Assembly (NCBI GenBank): GCA_964016885.1
Contig: OZ024740.1
Span: 91,698,001 to 91,762,000 of the forward strand
DNA: 64,000 nucleotides
From: Eledone cirrhosa
Lineage: Eukaryota
Direction: 5' to 3'
The notes beneath the pieces are model-generated. The model saw only the letters and a list, made by a program, of their open reading frames with translations. It was not told the DNA's origin and did not search any database. Made by a program: the position numbers and the translations under genes. This document shows, in pieces, positions 56,296-64,000 of the stretch (its first letter is position 1; every line of letters begins with the position of its first letter).

Positions 56296-57140
56296 GTGTT
56301 TACACAACAATTTGTTCACCATACCGAGAACAATTGTTTCACCTTAGCGGATCTTCAGCCCGGAATGAGCATGGTTATAGGAACAGGACGGACAACCGTA
56401 CGAACGCGCATGCGCAGAAACCCGGTCACTTCACACAGGCACTAGTAGATTCCGTGCGAGAGGTGTAAGGGAGATAACTGCGAAAGTCCGAAACATTTTT
56501 TAGGTTGAAAATAAAATTACAAAGAATCAGTCCGGAGACTTGTAATTATGCAATAGGTGTGTGGCGACGTGTGGACAACGTGTGAAAAATTCACGTCTCG
56601 TGTTTAGCCAATTCTATTGCGTAATCTCTTTAGAATAGTTACTCGTTCGTCAATACATAAGCCACACGTCGGATTTTCCCTTGCGTATGGCTTGGACTTA
56701 GTGATGGCTTTCCATTGAATGGAGTAGTCTATACTTGAGTCCTTGAGGGACCATACGTGGCTCGCGAGTTTCGTGGATTAACGACTGTCCGGGTATCTGA
56801 AGGTAGACTGGTGGTTCAGGAAACGTTCCTTGAATCGGCCCTCCGCCATGCCCACATAGGATTTGACCTCCTGTAGTTCGTTTGGTCTGTTGGAAGTGAC
56901 CACAGCTTCATAGATTACAGCTGGTGTGTTGCATTGCTGTTGAAGGGGGCAAGCTTCAAGCTTACGGCAAGAGCAGCCTTATAGGTGTTGCTCCTAAGTC
57001 TGCTGGTGATGTGGGCCTTCATGTTCTTAGCGCAGGAGTATCCTAGTTTAATTTTGTGTCGGTTAAAGATGGAGCAGTATTTATGACCTATGGGGAAGTG
57101 TCTATCTAAGAGGGCTAGAAATGTTTTGACTGCTGTTTCT
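56296..57140 (-). mobile_element. PLE 3' fragment (GIY-YIG plus pseudo-LTR)
   Basis: FLALLDRHFPIGHKY..IFNRHKIKLGYSC, IYEAVV..SYVGMAEGRFKERFLNH, CGLCIDE. Confidence 0.8.
56324..56363 (-). ncRNA. Minimal type I hammerhead ribozyme downstream of a PLE endonuclease fragment
   Basis: CCGGG-CTGAAGA-TCCGCTAAGGT-GAAA-CAATTG-TT-CTCGG. Confidence 0.65.
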
Positions 57141-57149
57141 AACTCAATA

Positions 57150-58420
57150 TACACCTTTTATATATATAAATGATAAATGTATATATATATATATTAGTAA
57201 AAATGAAAAGAAAATGCTGACAATTTTTTCCCAGTGAAAAATAGCTTAATTTTGGAATAAGTATGAGTTAGTAATAAGTATAATTTAGTATTCAGTTTTA
57301 GTTTTAAGTTTTTACTGGTTGCGCATTTCTTATGCTTTTCAAAAATAATTTTGAGATAGAGTGCTCGTGATTTTTGCTCTTATCTGATCAGTTTTGTAAA
57401 TTATTTCTGTTTTATGTGAAAAAAGTGGCTTGGGAGGTATTAAGATGTGGTTGGTTGTTGAATGTCACGTGTAAACGCACTCTTTTTAAGACTATATAGA
57501 GCATTTGTAGATTTTTCCAAGTTGAAGGATAAGTATTTACCCTTAATTTTATTCTGAGTTAATACCTATGGGTTTTTTCCCTAGATTACTCAACATCTGT
57601 GGATAAAATTTCTGACTTAACTTTTTTTGAATTGAGAATGAATTATTTTCCCATATCTTAGGTTAAATATTTTCCATCTTGACGTAATAGTCACTTATAT
57701 GTATGAATTACTGTTGGCTTCTTGCTCACGTTAATTTCTCTATTTTCATATATATATATGTGGTTACCTCCGATTCAACCCGGAATAACGTACTATATAT
57801 ATATATATATAAACACATTTAAACATATGTGCTCAAATCGTAAGGGACCAGATTTGAACACATATATGTTAATATCTGTGTTTATCTTTCTTTTATGTTC
57901 AATTATATTACACGGCTCAGAAAAAAAACTTTCTAAGAGACTATTTTGAGTTTCTAACTCAATATATACATTTGATATCATCGACTCCTTTCACTTTTGG
58001 AAAGCTAATTTAAATGTCGTGTAAACTTGGCTGCTATTTTTAGTAGCGTATGTTTATGGGACACGCTAGGTTTTGATGCTATGTGCGTTATTTTATATTC
58101 GCACACTCTTCAGTCCTCTGAGATACTTAGAAGTGAAGGGTTTACTAACGTTAAACCCACTGATGAGCAAAGAATTGGTAATTTCCTTTGCTAAAATTGC
58201 GAAACAGCCTACCAAATGTTGTCTGTGTATCTGGCAGTTGCCCAATATCGGTATCTATTTGTTTTCTTGATTTATCATTTTTAATTGATTCTGGCAAACC
58301 CTATTGTTAATAGGTAGAATCTTTTTCACCCTAGCGAATCTAGTTCCTGACAATTTGTACACATATATGTTTATATCTGTGTTTATCTTTCTTTTGTATT
58401 CAGTTATATTACAGGGCTCA
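57150..58420 (-). pseudogene. Decayed PLE-like N-terminal/RT-start fragment with internal duplication
   Basis: PCNI.E.KRKINTDINIYV duplicated (~57860-57915 and ~58360-58415); GTTTCTAACTCAATATAC duplicated; weak RT-start motifs. Confidence 0.4.
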
Positions 58421-61074
58421 CATGATAGCAGGATCCGTCCTAAACGCGACAGCAGGTGTTCGACATGAACCAACATGTCAGCAATTTTCGGACACTGGAC
58501 GAGTGCGTGCAGGACAGTTTCGTCGCCCTCCGCGCATATCGGACATGCCCGACTGACGGCACCTCCATGCCTGTAGAGTTTATCCCGAACTGGCAAGGCT
58601 CCTCGGTAGCACTGCCAGGCCAGATATTTCTGGAAGTTGTCCATAGGTCCTGGCCAAAAAGTTCTTCCGAAGGGATTGGCTAGTTGATTTTCGTCGACGC
58701 CTAGAGTTTCTCCAAGTACGTCGTCGCTCTTCCCCTCCACTAATCCTCTATAGAACGCCGAGGTGGAGTTTCCACCGATCACATTGCTCGATTGGTCGAG
58801 GGCTGTGAGCGCCTGAAGACATTCAATTTAACCGGTCCGTCTATCCAGCGTCCGACGACGCTGTTGGAAGGCATGGACCTGCCTCCCCAGGTGCCGAGCT
58901 GCAGGTCCACTGACTTTTGCTGGTTGATCATTGCTCCTGTCACTGCTTCGTATTCTCTTAGTGTAGTGCCGATCGCCTCGATGTGTTTGGCGTTCGACAC
59001 AACTACGGTGACATCGTCCGCATATGCTGACACAAATCTCCCGCATCCTAGTTCGCGGGGGACGCACCTCAACTTCTCCAGTTTGTCCAGTAATGGCTCG
59101 ATAGTCAATACGTACATGAGGGACGAGAGGGGACATCCTTGGCGGACCGAGCGCATGATGTTGAACGGTTTCGACAGGTGACCGTTCACTCTCACCACAG
59201 AGCAGATGTCATTGTGCATGGCAGCGATCCAACCTCTGAAGGCGGGCCCAAAGCCAGCCGCCCTCAGGACTGCCGCTAGGTAACGATGGTCGACCCTATC
59301 GAAAGCTTTCGACTGATCTAAATTGATCAAGGACCCACCCGTGCCAGGTTATCTAGCTACCCTCTCTATGATGTATCGCATGAGGTGGAGGTTGTCGTGG
59401 ATGGATCTGTCGGGAATGGCGCATGTCTGCGCCTCTCCCACCAGACCACCAACGACAAGCGCCAACCTCCTTGCTAGCACCTTGGCCAAAATCTTGAACT
59501 CTGTGTTTAGCAGAGTCATGGGCCGGACATTTTCTATGTTATCCCCCTTGTTCGGATCCTTTCTCAGCAGTGCCACCGCTCCTCGGCTCACAGAACTGGG
59601 AATTCTCTCGTTCTGTTGCCAGTTGCAGTAGACGTCCGCCAAGAGGCCTCCGAACAAGTCTGGCATCTGTACGTAAAGTTTATAGGGCAGACCATCCAAA
59701 CCTTGCGATTTACCCCTTGTGCAGCCAGTCATTGCCTCCCTTACTTCAGCGGCTGTTATCGGCTTTTCGCAACATCTCGCCTCAGTCGCCGAGAGCCGCG
59801 GCAGTCCGTCGAGGTAGACACTAAAGTCCATCCCTCGACCCGGCCCACCTCTGCCCCCCAACAGCTGAGCGAAGTGTCGCTGAAAAGCTTCACACATTTG
59901 CCCGAGATCGAGTAGCATGTGCCCGTCGTGGTCCATCAAAGACGGGATCGTGGCTTTGTTGCCACGACGCGCCTCCGCCACTCGGGCCCATTGAACGGCT
60001 TTCGTCCCCTCGTGTCTGAGAGCACGCACCCTTGCTCTGACAACGCAGCCTTCGTGCTTTGCATTGAAGAATTGGTCAAGGGCCAATTTCGCCGCTAGCA
60101 CGTCGGTCGCAATGCCTTTGCTAAGCGCCTCGTGTAATTTTCTAACTAGTTCTCCCTCTGCTCTATTTTTCTCTATTGCTTAAGCCTTACTAAACTTAAT
60201 GGATTCTATTCTAATCGCTCCTTTCAGAGCAAACCACCACTTGTTGTTGGCGATGGCCCCCGTCAACGCCCGCTTAACTAGTTCGCTAATCCGGTCTCTG
60301 TAGGACTTGCGCGCTGGTAAGGACGCGTTTAGCTTCCAGTAGCCGGGTCCTCGTCTATGAAGCCTATCTAAGTCAAGCACACAGATCACGAATTTGTGGT
60401 CCGTGTAGCTGACTATCTTGAATTGTGGACAGCCTATGCAAGACCTATCTATTTCCCTACAAAATATTCTATGTAGATATGATCTGGATGACCAATGCGA
60501 TTTGTCCAAGTCCACATTGGCACATTCGGGAAATCCAATCGGTACCTGTCAGACAGTTCAAAACGCCTGAGCAGGTTGGTGAGGCTCTTGCACCCTCCAC
60601 CCCTATCCGCTAATCCCACACAGTCCCAGCGTGCATCTAAGATCCCGTTCCAGTCGCCCACTAACATTAAAGAGCGGGACGTTCCAAGAAAGGTCTCCAG
60701 ACGCCGGAAGAAATCAGGCCGCCCTGCTCCTGTCGGGGCATAGACGGCCACTAGCCTGAAAGCTTGGCGTCTCCGTTGGTCACGTCCAGCACCACTAACT
60801 TACCATCTGGGTCCAGGAAGTTGGCCCGCATGGCGAGATCCAAACCTCTCCGAAAAAGCACAGCAACTCCTCCACCCGATCCAAGACGGCTGGGAGATGC
60901 GTACACATCGTAGCCGCCGAAGATCGGTGCGAAGGCACGTGCTTCGGAGATTCTGGTCTTGCTGATGGCCACTACATCTATGTTTAGTGACCTGAGGTCG
61001 TTGAGCAGGTGACCCTGCTTCCATCACGGCCCCAAGCCACGCGCATTTATGCTGCCTATTCTGAGTGAGGTCAT
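58420..61074 (-). pseudogene. Tx1 ORF2 (APE-RT-Zn finger), frameshifted and internally deleted
   Basis: Starts MTSLRIGSINARGLG at 61074; ORF pieces 60751-60972, 60449-60751, 60180-60515, 59349-60101, 58779-59330, 58255-58782. Confidence 0.88.
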
Positions 61075-61109
61075 GTTTAAAATAGAGTGGAAAAGATGGG
61101 AAAGACCAC

Positions 61110-62749
61110 TTACCGTACTTTTCGAAGAGGAGGGATGGATTTTACATCCCTTTTCACTTGATCATCTGGTGAAGGGACCGTTGTATCGTCCCTTCGGCTG
61201 GTCGTCGGCTCTTCTATGAGTATGTCCGAATATACTCCTCGGTTGATAGTTCCTCCTAGGTCCCTGAAATCACCAACTGCGTTGGGGAATTACGTTTTAA
61301 TGTTTGTGTATTGTTTCTGTGCTATTTTTAGCAGTCTTATGTTAGTTGGCGTTTTGATTGGTGCTGGTATTATGTAGTCGTGTTGTGAAATGTCTGTGTG
61401 TTCAATTATGTAAGTCATTAGTTTCTTGTTGTGTGTATTTATTGCCGTGCATTTGTTTTTCTGGGGCTGGGGTGTGGTTCTGCTATTTTCTTGTCGTTTT
61501 TGCTGGGTGTGTGTGTTTTGTTGTTGTGTTTGCGATGTTGGTGCTTGTGGTGGTGGTGTTGAAGGTGTTGTTGTTGTTGGCGGTGGGGTTGTCGCCGGTG
61601 GTGATGGTGGTGCTAGTGTGGGTGGTGATTGTGTTGGTGGTGTTGCTGCTGTGAGTCTCTTTGCAGTAGACTTTGCCCTTTTTTTCATTTCTTTCCTCCC
61701 TTTTCAAAGGCGACGATGCGCTGCTTCTGCGTTTGTGCCTTCTTACCACCTTTTGCCATCCCTCTCCCACCTCACACTCCATCTGTGATTCTGTGAGGTC
61801 GGGGAGGGGTATCAGCTCCACTCTTTCACTTGTTGTTGTTGGTGATGTTTGCACTGGAGTCTCTGTTTCAGCTGCATTAGGTATTGCTGTTGTTGTTGTT
61901 GTTAATACTTCCACTGCTGCTGCTGTTTTTGATTTCCGTGGCGTGGGTATGGGTGCCACAGACCTATCGTTCCTGGTTGCCGCTTGTCCTGTTGCTGGTA
62001 GCCGTGGAGCCGGTTTCGGAAGGAGGGGGGTTTTCTCCTTTCTCAGGGTCTTCTCGTTGCAGAAGGCCCTGAAGTGAGTCTTCGATCCACAGCGAAAGCA
62101 TTTCAGGCGTTTGCCCTCAACACTTATGGGTAGTTGAGTACCGTTATCGAAGTCTATCACATCCGGGATAGCTTCCATGCACTCCTGGTTGGTTTGGATT
62201 AACATCTCAGTGGAGATGCCGACCCAATCTTCTCTTACTTTTTTCTGTACTTGCAGTACAGTTATTTTGTCCTCGATTCCGACGAGGACAGACGCGGCCA
62301 GCCAAGAAGGGGCCATCCCGGGGGGGCGTGGGTCCGTTTGACCCTCACAATTTTTTGCCCGCAGTAGGAGGGCACCAACACTATTTCCTCGCTCCTTAGG
62401 GTCACTACGGATTGAGACTTTGCGTCCTGGGGTGTGGCAAAAAGTACGTCTACGGTGGCATATTTCTTGCCTCGGGTGATGTGTGTTTTCCGCTGCCACA
62501 CACACCCCAAGGCTTTTTGTATTTGAGCCTCTGTGTCTCTTTCCACCCTACGGGATTTTGTACTTACTGTACGGTACGTGACCGTACAGTGCTGTTGGGT
62601 TTCGAAAAAATGTTCCGCTGCCTTTCAAATTGCTCGGTGTCCTGTTTTTGTCACCATCTTCTTCGCTTCCTCTAATTCCTCATTTGTTATGAGGATTGTT
62701 TCCAGGTTCTTCGCGATACCTGCAAACGAGATTGGTTTTTCTTTGCTGC

Positions 62750-62782
<33 letters not shown>

Positions 62783-63241
62783 CGTCAGAGTTGCTGTTAC
62801 TTTTGTTGTTGCTGCAGGTACTACGACTACTGCCGCCGCCGCTGTTGCTGTGGTTGCTGTTGTTGTTGCTGCTGCTAATTTTGTTGTTGTTTATGCTGCT
62901 GCTGATGATGTTGCGGCTGCTACTGTTGTTTTCATTGTCACTGTTGCTGTTGTTATTACGGCTGCTACTGCTATTATTCCTGACGTCAGACGAATGAAAT
63001 GGGTTTTCGTATTTCCCCGCACACCTGTTTCGTCGTTGTCGTCGTCGTCGTGGAGAATTTTTGCACGTTTTGCACGAGACTTTTCTTTTCTGTCGTCGCT
63101 TGCGAAAGAGAAGGGAGGGAGAGAGACACATTTAAAGAAGGGAGAGAGAGAGACAATCTTCTCTCTGCCGTAGTGACGATTGAGGAAGAAGAAGACAGAA
63201 TGAGTGGGAGTGACCTATGAACATTCTTTTTCGTAGCCATG
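61110..63241 (-). pseudogene. Tx1 ORF1 (Asn/Ser-rich N-terminus, CCHC knuckle, Thr/Pro-rich tail), frameshifted
   Basis: ORF pieces 62625-63131, 62262-62546, 61483-62505, 61290-61688. Confidence 0.78.
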
Positions 63242-63454
63242 TTGTTTTTTTGTTTAAAATAAATATTGGGCACAAAACCCCAATAAGCAGTTATTTAAGC
63301 CCGAACGGCCAAATATCGGGCAGAAAGACCCCTCACACGAGGGGGAGGGTGTTTTTGTCTACAAGTTGGTAAAAGTTTTAAACAATTTACAATTGTTATA
63401 GCGTTCAAAATTTACAATAACTTACAGAGCCGAGCCTCCGTCACCATACCATTC

Positions 63455-63488
<34 letters not shown>

Positions 63489-64000
63489 TTTTCTTTATTA
63501 ACCAGTGACCTGAGGTCGTTGAGCAGGTGGCCCTGCTTCCATGACGACCCCAAGCCACGCGCATTTATGCTGCCTATTCTATGTGAGGTCATGTTGAAAC
63601 GGAGTGGAAAATATGGGAAAGACCACTTACCTTACTTCTCGTAGAGGAAGGATGGTTAGTCCATCCTTTTCACTGCTTGTGGCCTCCTCCGGAAGGATGT
63701 CCTTATAAATCCTCCTGGAGAGTGTTTGTCGGAAGTCTCCGATGTCTTTGGGGAATTTTTGTTTCAGTGTCGTGTACATTTTCTGTGTGATGCGAGTGAT
63801 TTGTATGTGTGGAGGTGGTGTGAACTTTTGGGTTGTTGTGTAGTCTTTTTCTGTGATGCTGGTGTTGTGTTGCTTGTAGTGTAATAATTGGTTGTTCAAA
63901 TTTAATGCTGTGTAGTGTGTATCGTTTTGGTTGTTTTGTTTCTGTTACGCTTTTTGGTGACTTTTGTGGTGTTGGTGAAGGTGGTGTTGGAGTTAATGAT
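63455..64000 (-). mobile_element. Second Tx1-type copy: ORF1 end and ORF2 start, then AATAAA and (ATT)n
   Basis: 63505-63670 is homologous to 60987-61160; (AAT)n at 63455-63487. Confidence 0.8.

Larger units (their letters stand above)
58420..63450 (-). mobile_element. Tx1/L1-clade LINE, near full-length but disrupted
   Basis: ORF1 with zinc knuckle CFRCGSKTHFRAFC. ORF2 with APE (VYAPT, VGDWN, TDH, GPGYWKLN), RT (LDQSKAFDRV, VRQGCPLS, AYADD) and CPIC..ETVLHALVQC. Confidence 0.92.

Noticed and set aside
58148-58215. CTGATGA hits at 10750 (-), 16627 (+), 35405 (-) and 58150 (+)
   Set aside because: No matching GAAA, helix III and helix I arrangement could be folded

Overview
AT-rich eukaryotic repeat DNA with no host gene that I can support. 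An octopus/cephalopod origin is inferred from the recurring tRNA-derived SINE and the extreme (TA)n load. The window is a mosaic of retroelements sitting mostly in (TA)n tracts: Penelope-like elements (PLEs; RT plus C-terminal GIY-YIG, one nearly full-length with pseudo-LTRs), three RTE-type LINE copies that all show 5' inversions, a CR1-type LINE, Tx1/L1-type LINEs and SINEs. The main unannotated signal is RNA structure. By eye I find about 26 type I hammerhead ribozyme (HHR) motifs (helix I-CUGANGA-helix II-GAAA-short, often palindromic helix III-UH-helix I') in roughly ten sequence families. Seven lie in a near-perfect 7x466-bp non-coding tandem array (6587-9880, with an inverted tail to ~10132). 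A diverged sister family (1-1020, 20040-21470, 45740-46430) keeps the same extended fold through compensatory changes. Both families share an upstream block, ATGCAAATTAG...TTAATTTTCATA...(T/C)ATATA. They look like non-autonomous, PLE-mobilised ribozyme retroelements (retrozyme-like, possibly with a circular RNA stage), perhaps carrying an snRNA-type promoter. All structures were folded by hand; none were computed or tested.
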